Assembly: GCF_032062105.1 (NCBI RefSeq)
Contig: NW_026929140.1
Location: 62,001 to 126,000 of the forward strand
Direction of reading: 5' to 3'
Source: Saccostrea cucullata
Lineage: Eukaryota
DNA: 64,000 nt
The stretch's first letter is position 1. Each line of letters begins with the position of its first letter. The notes under the pieces were generated by a model. That model searched no databases. It had not been told where the DNA came from and was given only the letters and a program-made list of their open reading frames with translations. Position numbers and translations under genes: made by a program. This document shows, in pieces, positions 49,831 through 62,539 of the stretch.

Positions 49831-50250
49831 TGGATGTTAGATAAAGAAGTTTTACAATCTGCTATTAAGAAATTGAGGTTTGAACTAGAATACGATTTAT
49901 TCGCAACTAGAGTCAACAAACAGTTTGAAAAATATGTATCTTGGAAGCCAAAACCCGAATCATTTGCCATTGATGTATTTTCTATATCATGGACAGATCT
50001 AAAATTTTAATGTTTTCCTCCTTTTAGTGTCCTACCAGCAGTATTACAAAAGATGTCAGTGGAAAGAGTAACAGGAATAGTTGTGTTAGAAAATTGGCCA
50101 ACTCAGTATTATTATTCAACAGTTATGAAAATGCTCATTGCACATCCGTTGTATGTTCACAACAGAAAAACATTGTTGCAGATTCCGAATTCCGGACAAA
50201 TTCACAAGATATGGGACAAGATAGATCTACTGATTTGCCTTTTATCAAGA
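49830..50250 (+). pseudogene. DIRS1 Dam-like adenine methyltransferase domain, disrupted
   Basis: DLFATRVN..YVSW.P...AIDVFSISW...*CFPPFS...WPTQYYY, the typical DIRS1 MT signature. Confidence 0.8.
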
Positions 50251-51150
50251 GATCAGTTGAAAAAAGACAATTTCCGGAAAACGTTACCAAAATACTTTTA
50301 TCATCATGGAGATCATCTACATCTAAACAAATTACAAAAGTTATAACGGAGATGGCAAGTTTTCTGTGGTGGACGGCAGATTAATCCGTTTTGTGCAAAT
50401 TTAACAGACATTTTGGTGTTTCTTACGTAACATTCGGACAAAGGTAGGGGCTATTCTGGCATTTACACGGATAAAAGTGCTCTTTTAAATACAGTTACTT
50501 TGGCTGATAATGAAAATGTGTTAATCGGTGAACATCCTGTTGTAAAAAGATTTTTGAAAGGCAATATCGATCAAAAACCTTCTTTACCACGATACACTGA
50601 AGTTTGGGATGTATTATTAGTGTTAAATTGGATGAGGAATATAGACCTAAATGGAATTTGTGTGAAATTGTTATCATGGAAACTGGTCATGTTACTTGTT
50701 TTTTATCATGTGTATCTGGACAGAGGATACAAACATTAAAAAGTTTTTTTTTTTCAATTCACAGTTTGCAAATTACGGACGATACGGCAACATTTCGCAT
50801 ACAAACTTGACGAAACAAAATAGACCGGGTTATCATTTACCAGCTGTGTCTTTTTCATGTTATCAAGAAGATAGGAATTTGTGTATTATTTCACATTTAA
50901 GACAGTATATTTAAGAGACAGCAAATCTTAGAACTTCTGATCAACTTCTAATTAGTAATCAAAAACCTCATGCGGCAGTGTCATCTGACACTCTTGCGCG
51001 ATAGTTAAGAAACGTTCTATAGCAGAGTAGTGTGGGCACATAATGTCACAAGTCGGTTGGTCAAATGAAAAGACATTTGCGAGATTTTATAATTAAGAAA
51101 CTGTTAAATCATGCAAAGAGTTAGATGTGAAAGTATTAGAAACTTTACAA
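50211..51150 (+). pseudogene. DIRS1 tyrosine recombinase, disrupted
   Basis: SWRSST, IGEHPVVKRFLKG, PRY..WDV, SGQRIQTL, KPH.AVS..TLAR and GWSNEKTFARFY; the HSTR region is deleted. Confidence 0.8.
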
Positions 51151-53040
51151 AATTAGTTTTGTGTGAAGTAGTATATAGAACTTAGTGCATTCAGATAAAC
51201 ATTGGAAAATATGTTGTTACTTGTGTTGTATTTTTATTTTTAATTGAGTGCAATGGAATAAAATTGATTCATTTCTTCACTGGATTTTATTTAATTAAAG
51301 GTGTAGGATTTATGAATAAGACATCATTTAACAGCCTTAGAGCTTTAACGTCTCATGTGGTTCTGGAATGACCTTAACTGTGATGAAGTAGATTTGAAAA
51401 TTAAACGAGACTTACCCGGAAGTTGAATTTGATTGTACATCTACAAATCACTGGAAAGGAATGGAGAAATCACATGCCCGACCCAATATTTTTAATTTCC
51501 CTACCCTTGTTATAAATTTAATTTTCTTCTTTTATCGGCTATTAAGAGGCAGTCCACCGAAAAACCAGGCAGTAATGTATTAATAGGCGGCACATCGAAT
51601 GTGAGGAATATTTGATATTTTATTAAAAACAATATCAATGTAGTCCAAAAGGAATAATGTAATTGAAGATTTGTTTGAAAATTGCTTATTTAGTAAAATA
51701 TCCCTGTGTTTTGTGTTTTTGAATTCCCCTATATAAACCATTGACTGTAGGTCAGAAACAAAGAACTGTAATTTCTAATACATTTTTATCAGGACTATAA
51801 TTCACACTTAACTAAATCTAGAAATATTTCATCTTTTTGTTTAAAAAATAAAATCGGTGGGAAAAACACTTTTGATAGTAGTTTTCTTGCAAAATATATA
51901 GACGTTTTTGTGAAATTTTGTGATGCAAGAGCTATCTCCCGTGGCATCGGTAAATCTGCTAAACACCTTTTATCGGAATCCTAGTGAAATATTTAGAATC
52001 GATACACTAAAGAAAATTATTAAACAAAAAATAACTCATTAATTTTTCAAAATATTATTCATTTTCGCCTCCAAACGTAATATTTAAATAAAAATTGGCT
52101 ATATTATTCAGGTTGAAATTCCGTTGAAATCACGTTTCCATTGATGTATCAGTGACGTCATATACCTGACTAATATTGCGTCACAATGAAATAGCTGCAA
52201 GTTTCCCAGAGAAGTTTGTAAATACTTTGCATAAAGTGCAAGAAGAAAAAGATTTAAATAATTTCTCTTTTTCTGTGAAATTACTCTGCAGAATACTTTT
52301 TTTTCATACACGGGCGGCGTCTCATGTAGATGTATTAAAACAAGTCCGTTTTGATAAGTACTTTTACACATGTCTGAGAACTTTTTTTTCTTACTGATTT
52401 ACTATGATATGCGTAAAAATAATTAATAATTAATAATAATAGTGTTTATAATGGACAATTCTTATAAAGTTTGGAATCAATCATGAATGTTTTAGATTTA
52501 CGCAACATTTAATTCAACGAAGTTGAGATGTTTACTTCATGATATTTGTTTAAACTTAAATATATTTACCTATGCAGTCAAATCAAAAGAAACAACCTGC
52601 GGTACGATTAAAACTGAAAAAAAAAAAACCCACTGAAAATTGTAATAAAAATATATTTACTGAGTTAGATTACTGCTGAATTCCCCACTATAATTTGGCA
52701 CTAAAACGGAAGATGGTTTAGTGAAACATTTCGTTTTTTTTTTTATTATTATATAATTTTTTTATTAGGCGATTGAAACAATCACACACTCACATTTAAT
52801 ACGGAATTTAATTAAACATGTGACTATATTGGCCAATTCTAAAAGTTTTCACATACAATTTAGTCATGTACCCCCCCCCCCCCCCACACACCTTGCTTTT
52901 TGTGAGCGATTTATTAAATAATGATACTATATCACTTATTATTCATTTATATAAAATCAAAATTTGTAAAAGAGGAAAATATGGGGGAAAACGCTTTACA
53001 GATGACCGGTTAAAAAAACTTGGATAAAGTCGAGAGTGTA

Positions 53041-53490
53041 CAGTGCAGGGAACTAATTTTGTTACATAAACCAGCATCAGGATCAGCATAAGTAGGATCA
53101 GGATACAACTAGCATCAGCATCGGCATTTAAAAAATCAGCATTACTTAGATCAGCATCAGCAAGCAAAGGATAGAACTAGCATTGACCAAAGTGAAAACA
53201 GATAAAGGAAAGTCATTTAATACGAATTACAAATAAAAATTACCCCAAAAATTAATTTTAATGGCGATGCTGTTTTTGAATTATCCACTTCCGGCAGGAT
53301 AATCCTACTTTCGGTAGCATTACTAGCATTGACCTAGTTTCAAACCAGCATCAGGATAAGGATCAAACCAGGATCAGAATAAGGATAACTAGCATCAAAA
53401 TCAGCAAGCAAAGGAAGCATCAAAATCAGCAAGCATAGGAAGCACCAAAATCAGCATTGATGCTGTTAACAAAATTATTTCCCTGTACTG
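53041..53490. mobile_element. TA-flanked MITE with (agcatc/aggatc)n internal repeats
   Basis: TIR cagtgcagggaactaattttgtta / taacaaaattatttccctgtactg; TA TSD; a related decayed copy is likely at ~32540-33092. Confidence 0.8.
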
Positions 53491-54611
53491 TACATGTATA
53501 TCAAATATTTTCTGTATTTAGACAAGTTTAATTTCGTCACTGATAGAATTTAACTCTTTAATTCCTGAGAAAATAGAAAAAGAAATTTTACTTGGAAATA
53601 AGATAAATAATGAAGCTATAGAAAGCTGTCTGCTCTCAGTTGTTGCATGATGCATGTACAAATACATTTTTTTTTTTGAAATACCGAGTATCAAGAAATC
53701 AAACATGTTTTACAACATGTAATCTTCATGTACGTAAAAGACATTAGTAATTTAAATAATATATACATTGAATCTATGGTTACAGTCAATTAAAAACAGA
53801 AAGCTGACTGGAAAGAAATAAAAGACAAGCATATACTTCTGATTAATTATAATGAAGAACCAAATAGAGGAAATATTTCTAAATTTACGGTAAAAACCGA
53901 CCCCGATTAAAATAAAACCGATCCCGATCGAAAATAATGCAAAATTAATAAATTTATCAGACTAAAGGCACCTGCCACCTATATAATATGTAAAAAAAAA
54001 ATGAATAAAGAAATTCTAAAACAACGTTGCAACAAAAGAGCCAAATTTAACGAAACAGTTATAGTATTTTCTTCTTTATATAATTCCGATCGGGATCGGT
54101 GTAATTAGGGAAAAATCATAAATAATAGGTACATTGGACTCCTTTTATTTCTCTCAATATACCTGTTCCCACCAATTTTATCAAATGACTCAAAAGCTTG
54201 TACTTTGTATTCATAATAACATGAGGAAAAAATTCTGTCATAGTAATGTATTGGATTTTATAAGGTATCGAAAATTGGATGCTGAATTCAAAAAGGTACC
54301 TTGTTCAACTCAATTTTGGACCACATATCCTTTTTCTAAAGAAATAAAATTTGCAGTCTTGTTCATTATAAAATAAAAGGTAAGAGTCTATGCTATAAAT
54401 AATATTGATTGACACATCCAGCTTTTGAGTATCTGTTACGTATTAAACAAAATAAAAACATAGTAATTTTTTTACCCTCAAGTTGACCTTTTTGCACTTA
54501 AAATTAGGCATTTACCAAAAATAGGACTAGAGGACCACTAAAATTTTTTTTGATGTTGTCATGTGTAAACACTTACTATACTAAGTCTACATGCAAAAAA
54601 TAATTAAAATC

Positions 54612-54785
54612 CATGACATGCGATGTGCCACCTATTGCCTGGTTTTTCGGTGGACTGCCTCTTAAATGATTATTTTTAAACACTGAAGCCAGATAAGCTA
54701 GCGCTATCTCAAGTGATTCCTCCATTCCTTTCCAGTGATTCGTAGAATTACAATCAAACTTCAACTTCCAGGTAAGTTTCAATTG
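54612..54785. mobile_element. Isolated DIRS terminal modules (inverted relative to 51400-51605)
   Basis: cgatgtgcc..tgcctggtttttcggtggactgcctcttaa and gtgattcctccattcctttccagtgatt..caacttcc.ggtaagt are reverse complements of two blocks at the DIRS1 3' end. Confidence 0.75.
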
Positions 54786-55966
54786 CATCGCTCATACATT
54801 AGAGAACGTCGTTCGTACTTCGGTCTAATATAGGCTAATGTTTGGTCAAACTTCGACCGATAATCGTCAGATGCCTGTTGCCCACCACTCAACTTCCCGA
54901 TTACCTTAGATTCAACGGAAACTTGACGATGCTTGGAAAAAGATCGGCCAATCCTTGAAAGATGTGTTAATGGTGTGTTGCCGATGAGGAGCGAGGTTGT
55001 GAGGCATCGTTGGAAACATCGCTGAATTTAACTACGAATTATTTCCTACCGATGTACCCCAACGATTTGCAGAATGGTTTCAGTCACCGTCCTAAAAGTA
55101 GTGGTATCCGACCGGCAACCACGCCATTTCCATAAATAAACGCATCGGTTAAGTATCAGTCATATTATCCAGCGATGGGGTATACGATGAGAAACCGATG
55201 CGGTTTTTGATAAAAATGACATGGTTGCCGGCCAGGCCTCACTAGTGATCGGACGGTGACTGGGGCCATTTTGCGAATCGGCGGGGTCATCCGTAGGAAA
55301 TAATTCGTAGTTAAAATTAAGCGATGTCCTCAACGATGCCTCACATCGCTCCTCATCGGCAACCCATCATTAACACATATTTCAAGGATTGGCCATTGTA
55401 TGGCCGAGCATCGTCCTATATCCGTTGAATCTGAGGTCATAGGGGGGTTGAACAGTGTTCAACAGATAGCGGCAGATCATCGGTCGATGTTTGACCACGT
55501 AGTCGACCGATGTACGAACGATGTTCACCAATGTATTAGCGATGTAATATACATCGGCCGATTATCCTGGAACATCGTTTTATGATTAGCAATGCATCGC
55601 TGGGCCTTTGTAAGGCCGGCCGGCAAGCACGCCATTTTTATCATAAAACACATTGGTTTCCCATCGTATATCCAGCGTTGACAATGTAACTGATACTCTA
55701 AGGACTACTAGGATACTATAACTTGGATCAATGGACACAAAATATTGGTCGGCCGACAAAGGAAGAGGTCAAAATCGGGCAAGACAACGGCCGATGAACA
55801 TGAATTAATGTGACTGCTCCCTCTAGCCCGATACTCATGTTGGCCGATCATGTTCTTTTAGCCGATAAGACCAGTACAATTTAGTCGCCCGACCATCGGC
55901 TTACATGTGACCTAATCATTACGGTCGTCGGCCGTTGATCGTTTTTGTAAATGTGACTGGGGTTTA
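54782..55966. repeat. CpG-rich fold-back element with ~370-bp imperfect arms
   Basis: 54782-55150 is an imperfect reverse complement of 55193-55548; a third partial copy lies at ~55620-55700; the right end tgtgactggggtttaa is TIR-like. Confidence 0.8.
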
Positions 55967-56289
55967 AGGTTACAGGTGCTTTTCAAAATTAATGGGTCTG
56001 CACCATGTCGGATAATTTCTATTCCGGCCGTTTGTTTTTTCAGCCACTCAATCATAAAAAATTCTATTGTTACTCAACCATTGGTTAAGATGTGATTGAA
56101 GCATTACACAATATAAAACATGTGGTTGAATAGTTTCAAAATAAAAATCAAGGTTATAGCTATAAGAACTAAAATTATTTTAGTATAGGAAAAGATTAAG
56201 GTGGTACATAGGGAGGCACTCGTAATGTATTACTGAATTCATTTAATCCTGTTTTAAAAATATTTTGTTTCAGTTTGTGAGAATCAAAG

Positions 56290-56344
56290 ATGGAAATCCT
56301 TTATTTGTTCTTCTTTGTCTATGTTCCTTTGTTAATTCAATGCA
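56290..56344 (+). CDS. Gene C exon: signal peptide
   Basis: ttttgtttcag|16-nt UTR-ATG..TGC A|gtaagt. Confidence 0.8.
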
Positions 56345-59300
56345 GTAAGTTGAAGTTACCTTAGATTTAATTTAGAATTATGATTTGTTTTATTTTCATT
56401 GGTCATTATTTTGAAAGCGAAAAGTCCACATGATCATAAAGAAAAGGGAGAGGGCTAAAATAGGCTTTGCCTGCTGCCAAATCCCATTCACTTATGTGAA
56501 TAAAATTTTGTATAAATAAATAAAGAAAAGATTTAGTTATAATGTGTCATTGAAAAATTAATGAAATGCTAGTAATAATTAAAAAATCATAATGCATTTT
56601 TCTAATACATTTGTATGTTTTACATCCATTTTTTGTTTTCTTTATGGCTTTGGATGTAAACTATTGTTTTTGTTTTAATTCAGAGGAAGAGGATCCCTGT
56701 TCTTACACGGTGTACCGTAACCTTACTGACTTGCCAAAAAGAAATCCATCGTTCTTTATGGATTATTTACCTATCTGTGACATTAAAATCACAAAAGGAT
56801 GGTACAGAGCAGAATATTATAAAATGTCAACTTCCCCACCTTCCCTTGGATATTGTGGGACTCTTTATCCTTTCTGGTTCAGTGGTCAGTGCTTCTACTT
56901 TATCTTCTTTTATCGTTATGTTACAATCATTATGTAATTTTAAACGCTGGAAAACTTGCACTAGATTTCCTCTGTGCACCTTTAAAATTACACCCAAAAA
57001 ATGATGACTGTAAAATTTACCTCAATATCATGATAACTGTGCCTTTTGGACCATATGAAAGAAAAAACAGTATCGTTTTTCAAAGAAAAAGCAATATCTC
57101 ACAAGCATAAAAAAGAGTGTCTATTTGGGTGATTAAAAAAAATTTTGTTGAAAGAGTTTTCCTGTATTTTAACAAAAACAAAATATTCTCAATTCGGGTA
57201 TAATGGGATTAGAAGTAAACTTTAAAAAAAAAAGAAAAAAAGAAAAGAAAACATACATTTAAACAAAGTCCATACTAAAATGTTTTTTTTTTCTTTTTAG
57301 GTTCACATCCACCCACTGCTTCAGTAAATGACGCTACAGCATGTTTAAAGGGGTTTATTGAAAATTGCACACAGAAGATTGACATTAAAGTAAAAAACTG
57401 CACAACATACATGGTTTATCATCTGAAACCTGTTTTTTATTGTAACTCGGGATATTGTTTTGGTACGTTTGAAATTTCTGTCTATATATTATATATACAC
57501 CATTCATCGGACAAACGATATTCAAACAGGAACGTGCAAGGTCGATGTCGATATGTTTTTCTGTGAAGCCGATATATCTGTTGATTGATCGAACTGGAAG
57601 AGCTGAATATTTTACATTATTTTGCATAGAGATTGACAAAACAAAATATAAAATAATAGAAATAAGTATGTTGAGCTTAGCAGATTGTTGTTTTACAGAA
57701 GAATAGATGTTTTTCATTTTTAAAACCATCAAAGGGATATGTGTTTCAAAATCTTTATTTAGTTACATAAATCGATATGCGGTAATTTACTTAATTATAA
57801 TTCAATGCTACATATGTGTTAATTTTAAAAATCAGATTGATTTATATCCATTAATTAAACCATCCGTTATGTTAGGCTCAGTGTTACAGTATACTTGACA
57901 AAGGGTAACACTTTATAAATAGTGCCTGTTTTGGAGGATAAATGTTGAAATAAACACCCCAGGGAAAACAGTTGTCAACCGACTCGTCAGCGGAGGTTGA
58001 CAATGGTTTTCCAAGGGATTTCAATTTCAATTGTTACCCTCCATTTATTTTATTATACTGAATGTCTTATATTGATTTAAGGATGTCAGCAAAAAAAAAA
58101 AAAATCTTTGATCGTCTAAAGGTTCAGGTTCAGAAAGTTTTCAAACTCCCTGCTACTTCGAAAAAGATTTACTGACCTCTTTTTTTAATTGATAATCTAA
58201 GTGTCCTTTTTCATCTAAAGTTTCATTATTTCTGCACTTGCAAGCATGTTTTGTCTGTCGTGTGTTGTTTCCAAGTAAGCTACAACGGACGCAAAATTTT
58301 ATTGACGTCACGTTTATTCCGCTTCTTTCAAAGGCGTAACTGGCGTTTTGAGAATTCTATAGTGAACCGTATAAGCGCATAATGTTGCGTAGGTTGAGGA
58401 TAATAGAACGGATTGTTAATTGCGTGAAAACCAATCAGGATTTAGTACTTTAGAACTTAGTAAGTTCTTCAATAGGTAAACAAGCTTCAGAATAAGACAG
58501 AAAAAGTCAATGTTATTTAATGACATACCGAAATTGTTATCGTACAGTCTATCCATAGTACCATAGTTTTCCCAGAATGTTAGACCGTGAATTTTTTTTT
58601 TCAGAATGACGCATGCGTATTCCAAAATTATGCACGAGCGTAATTGCTAGCGCTCGATAGCGCTAGCAATAAAACAAAATGTCACATGCGTATAAATCGT
58701 TAGTAGACTTCTAAACGTCAGTTGTGCGTTTGAAAGAAGCCTAATTAACGTGATGTCAATAAAGACTTGCTTCCGATGTAGCTTACCTGAAAAAAAAAAC
58801 CCAAAATGAAACATGCCTGCGAGTGCAGAAATAACGTAATTTTACATGACAAAGGACTCTTTGGGTATCAAACAAACAATAAAGAGGTCAGTATATCATT
58901 TTCGAAGCTTTCTTATTGAGAAAAATTGAGGCGTTGAAATTGAAAGGTTTCTAAACGTGAACATAAAGACGATCGATGATTTTTTTTTTGCTGAAACCCT
59001 AAATGAATAAGACATTCAGTAGATAATGATTTTCCTTGGGTGTCAATTTCGATTGTTATCCTCCAAAACAGGCACCTTTTATAAAGGCCTATGATTATGT
59101 GACAAAGTTTTAGCTTATCAGATAGCTTTTAATAAAAGAGAACAACTAAATATAATATTTATTTTCTTACAGAATTGAGTGATAACTGTAAGTATTTTAT
59201 AACTTTATATTTTTTAAGGGAAACGTACATGTATGACATTCAAAAGTTTTACACAAGTATACAGTCAACAAATTTAATTTCTTTCACGTTAAGAACCATC

Positions 59301-60135
59301 TCTACACTGTTCATTAAGGAGTTCTGCTTCTATCGTATTTTTCTGCAGTTAGAGTGATTTGCCCTTAGATTCAAATACCAATAAATAGAAATTCACATTA
59401 CATAACTCAATTTGTAATCGATTTAAGTAAACGAAACATGTATTTTCTCCATGAAAGTAAACATCCGTGATTTCTATTCACCGTGTCTGTGCTGTGCTTG
59501 CACATTTTTCCTGGTGGTAAATGCCACGTAACATATATTGATTATTAAAAAAAAAAAATAAGCTCAATATTTACACCCTTGTCCAATACAATTTTCATAA
59601 TGTCCCAAAAATATTTTGCACCGGTGTAGAGAGGGTACTTAAAGCGTTATATATTTGTTGAATGTCTTCAGGTGTAAAAGGAGTTCCATCAAATCTCAGT
59701 GTTTCCTACCACAATGTTTCTTGGGTATCAAAAGTTTTTGGAACATCTACATTACATTCCCCTAGTGTAATGTTCAAATGTAGCTTTACACCATTACCTG
59801 ACACTTCATTATTTTACGAAATCTCGTGGTATGTGGACGATATCGAAGTTGTGAGGAGTGAAACGCTGTCATATAACTCACTGGAAAATGCACTGCTATC
59901 ATCAAAACAAATAGCACAGAAACAGAAAAAAGCCGGATCAACAGTGCGTTAAATTTTACTATTCTTTGAATTGAAAAACATTTTCAATTGAAACTTTACT
60001 TTTCAATAAAATATCGATTTTTTTATTTGTGTAACTTTTTTTTTTCAGATTTCCTGTCTTGTTGGAGCCAAATATAAGGAAGATGGGTTTGCGTGTAAAA
60101 CTGCTAGTAGTAAACCATTTTTTGCTGGCATAAAG
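56290..60135 (+). CDS. VWDE: Gene C: von Willebrand factor D and EGF domain-containing (VWDE)-like protein, 5' part (continues off the right end)
   Basis: Exons 56290-56344, 56684-56884, 57301-57462, 59173-59187, 59672-59943 and 60049-60135 join in frame: signal peptide MEILYLFFFVYVPLLIQC, D8C domain, then an Ig-like segment (FKCSF..YEISWYVD..ISC..S.PFFAGIK) typical of the VWDE N-terminus. The VWD and EGF domains are not in the window, so this is a family-level call rather than orthology. Confidence 0.85.
56684..56884 (+). CDS. Gene C exon: D8C N-terminal half
   Basis: EEDPCSYTVYRNLT..ICDIKITKGWYRA..YCGTLYPFWFSG. Confidence 0.9.
57301..57462 (+). CDS. Gene C exon: D8C C-terminal half
   Basis: GSHPPTASVNDATACLKGFIENCTQKIDIKVKNCTTYMVYHLKPVFYCNSGYCF; 162 nt; not in the ORF track. 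Confidence 0.9.
57912..59086. repeat. Long imperfect inverted repeat (two diverged copies of one element facing each other) with a terminal hairpin
   Basis: 58052-58360 is an imperfect reverse complement of 58700-59025; ends gtgcctgttttggaggataa / ttatcctccaaaacaggcac; internal hairpin at 57930-58045. Confidence 0.75.
59173..59187 (+). CDS. Gene C 15-nt microexon (ELSDN+)
   Basis: ttttcttacag|AATTGAGTGATAACT|gtaagt. Confidence 0.8.
59672..59943 (+). CDS. Gene C exon: Ig-like segment
   Basis: CVKGVPSNLSVSYHNVSW..FKCSFTP..FYEISWYVDD..AGST; cag|..|gtgcgt. Confidence 0.88.
60049..60135 (+). CDS. Gene C exon ending FFAGIK
   Basis: ISCLVGAKYKEDGFACKTASSKPFFAGIK; tttcag|..AAG|gtatat. Confidence 0.88.
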
Positions 60136-60137
60136 GT

Positions 60138-60716
60138 ATATTTTTATGCACCCGTAATCGAACATCCGGGGTTATGAATTTTACCCTGTCTTTGTCATCC
60201 GTTCGTCTGTCTGTTTGTTTGTAAAGAAAAAACACACTTTTACTTGGCCTATAACTTTTTATTGATTGGAACTACGGATTTCATATTTCGCATGTGATTT
60301 TCCTGTTACAAAGCCTTTCTTTGGATAAAATGTCTTTTGACCTGACCTTAGAGTTTGAGCCATTTTTACTTCAATCTTGGCCATAACTTTTTAAAAGTTG
60401 GTGCTAGGCCTTTCATACTTTACTTGTATATTCCTTGTGACACGACCTTTCCTCAAATACCAACAACTTAAATACTTATACATTAACATTGGAGTTTGGC
60501 CAATATTTAAGGAACCTTTAATATTAGCAATAACTTTGGTGGTAGGGTTTTCACACATTGTTTTATTTTTGTCAAGACAACACTTGGGCTACCATTAATT
60601 TGACGTTAAACTCCGAATTTGACATATCATACTTTTGGAAATCTTTAATCTTGGTCATAACTTTTGAACAGTTGGCACCAAGGCTTTTATTCTTTACATG
60701 TGAAATCCTTGCATCG
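60138..60716 (+). repeat. HINE/pearl-like element, truncated at the Gypsy junction
   Basis: tttttatgcacccgtaatcg head, gtct/gttt microsatellite and tandem cttggccataacttt units. Confidence 0.6.
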
Positions 60717-62340
60717 TGACAATGCTTCTGACTTCTTTAACTGTCTTTGGAGTTGACGACTCTTTCACTGCTTGGACTTTGTCTGTGTCAGTTGATATTC
60801 CATTTTCACTTACAACATGTCCCAAGAACTTCACTTCTTTTCGAAACAGCTGACATTTCTCTGGGTTAAGCTTTAGATTAGCTCATTTTAACCTGTCAAA
60901 AACTTTTCGTAAGTTGTTAATATGTTCTGTGAATGACATTCCTGTCACAATGATGTCATCTAAATACACAAGACACAATTCTTTGTTTAATCCACTAAGA
61001 ATTTGCTCCCTTAATCTTTCAAATGTAGCGGGGGCATTGCATAATCCAAATGGCATTGTACGAAACTGCCAAAATCCATTTTCACTAGTTGTAAATGCAG
61101 TTTTTACTCTGTCTTCTTCTTCAACCGATACCTGCCAGTATCACTTTTTAGATCCAATGCAGAAAACCATACTGATCCAGATAAAGCATTCGGACAATCA
61201 TCTGTTCTTGGTAATGGATGTGATCTTTTACAGTTACATCATTTAGTTTCCTTATTCAATACAAAATTTTGTGTTTCATCATTTTTCTTTTTCACGAGAA
61301 CAATGGGTGAAGCCCAAGGGCTAATTGATGATTATTCCTTGATCTTTCATTTCTTGAATAACTTTAGAAACTTCATCTCTCTTTGATAGTTGAACTCTCC
61401 TCGGTCTTTGTTTGATTGGTTGTGCAACACCAGTGTCGATTTTATGCTTGACAAGTGAGGTTTGTCCTAAATCCTGTGAATTTCTGCTAAAACTTTTTTC
61501 ATATTCAAGCAACAATTCTCTCAAAACATCTTTTTCCATAGGAGTTAACTTCTTCGAAGAATTTTCAAACATTTGCTTGAGATGATCTGGCACGGTTATG
61601 GATAATATCTTCTTTCGCAAATTATTTACATCTACTGTACATCCTGCTGAGAGAAATCCATTATCTCACAGACTGGCTCACACATACAAACTAGTGAATC
61701 TTTGTACAACACTATGTATCAGTACTGTTCATTACTCGGAGAGGTATCACATCATTTTCCAGGTTGACCAATTCTTTAGCCATTATAAGATCACATTTGT
61801 CATTGAAATTTTCTGTTGGCTTCAACACAGCGGGTGTGTTTATTTAACCTGTCTGTTACAATAGCCAGGAACAACACTTTCACTTAAAGGAGGGATTTCT
61901 TTAGTTTTCGAGATTTTGATTCGGAAACTCTGCAAACTGTCACTTTGATTAACTGTAAAACATTCGACTTTCTCGCCTTTAATCTTCAGAATTCTTTCAC
62001 TGAATAAAATGTCACAGTTATTTTTCTCTAAGAAATCAGCACCCATAATTCCTCATTCTTGATATCAGCTATCCAGATTTCATGCTCGATTCTTTGTTTT
62101 CCTATTTGAATATTCACAATGGCTCTTCTAAGAAGTGGTCACACGTCTCCTGTAGCTGTCATGAAATATTTATCAATCTCTGTAATGCATGGTATATGCT
62201 CTGGTTTCAATCTGTTTACAAAATTTTCACTCAAAATGTAATATTAGCTACTATATCAATCAAGAAGTCAACTTTTGTATCTTGCACTTTAGTTGTCACA
62301 TATAATCCATCACAATCATCAGAATATTCAATCTCTAAAA
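60717..62340 (-). pseudogene. Gypsy pol (protease and RT), disrupted
   Basis: HKIDTG..PIKQRPRRV, PWASPIVLV, YWQV, TAFTT, MPFGLCNAPATFER, CLVYLDDIIV and FLGHVVS. Confidence 0.9.
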
Positions 62341-62539
62341 CTTGGGCTTGTTGTTTTCGATCGAGCTCCAGCCCCTGAGTTCGACCAACTCACGTTTCCC
62401 GAATTATGTACACTATCATTTCTCTGGTCCTTAGCATATATAAGAACTCTGTTTTGAAACAAGAGACATTTTACTTTCGTGAAATTCCATAGTCAAGCTG
62501 GCAAGGTCTTGTTTTAGTTTTTTTTCATTTCATCACTAA

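Larger units (their letters stand above)
48030..51605 (+). mobile_element. DIRS1-type tyrosine-recombinase retrotransposon, 5'-truncated and decayed
   Basis: Gag tail (FGDDLAKSLK), RT, RNase H, Dam-like methyltransferase and YR, then ICR/terminal-repeat-like sequence at 51337-51605. Confidence 0.88.

Noticed and set aside
49830-50250. Methyltransferase beside an RT and recombinase as a prokaryotic-style defence system
   Set aside because: This is the standard domain order of DIRS1 retrotransposons and the copy is decayed.
52943-53167. ORF MLADADLSNADF..
   Set aside because: Antisense reading of (agcatc)n repeats inside a MITE.
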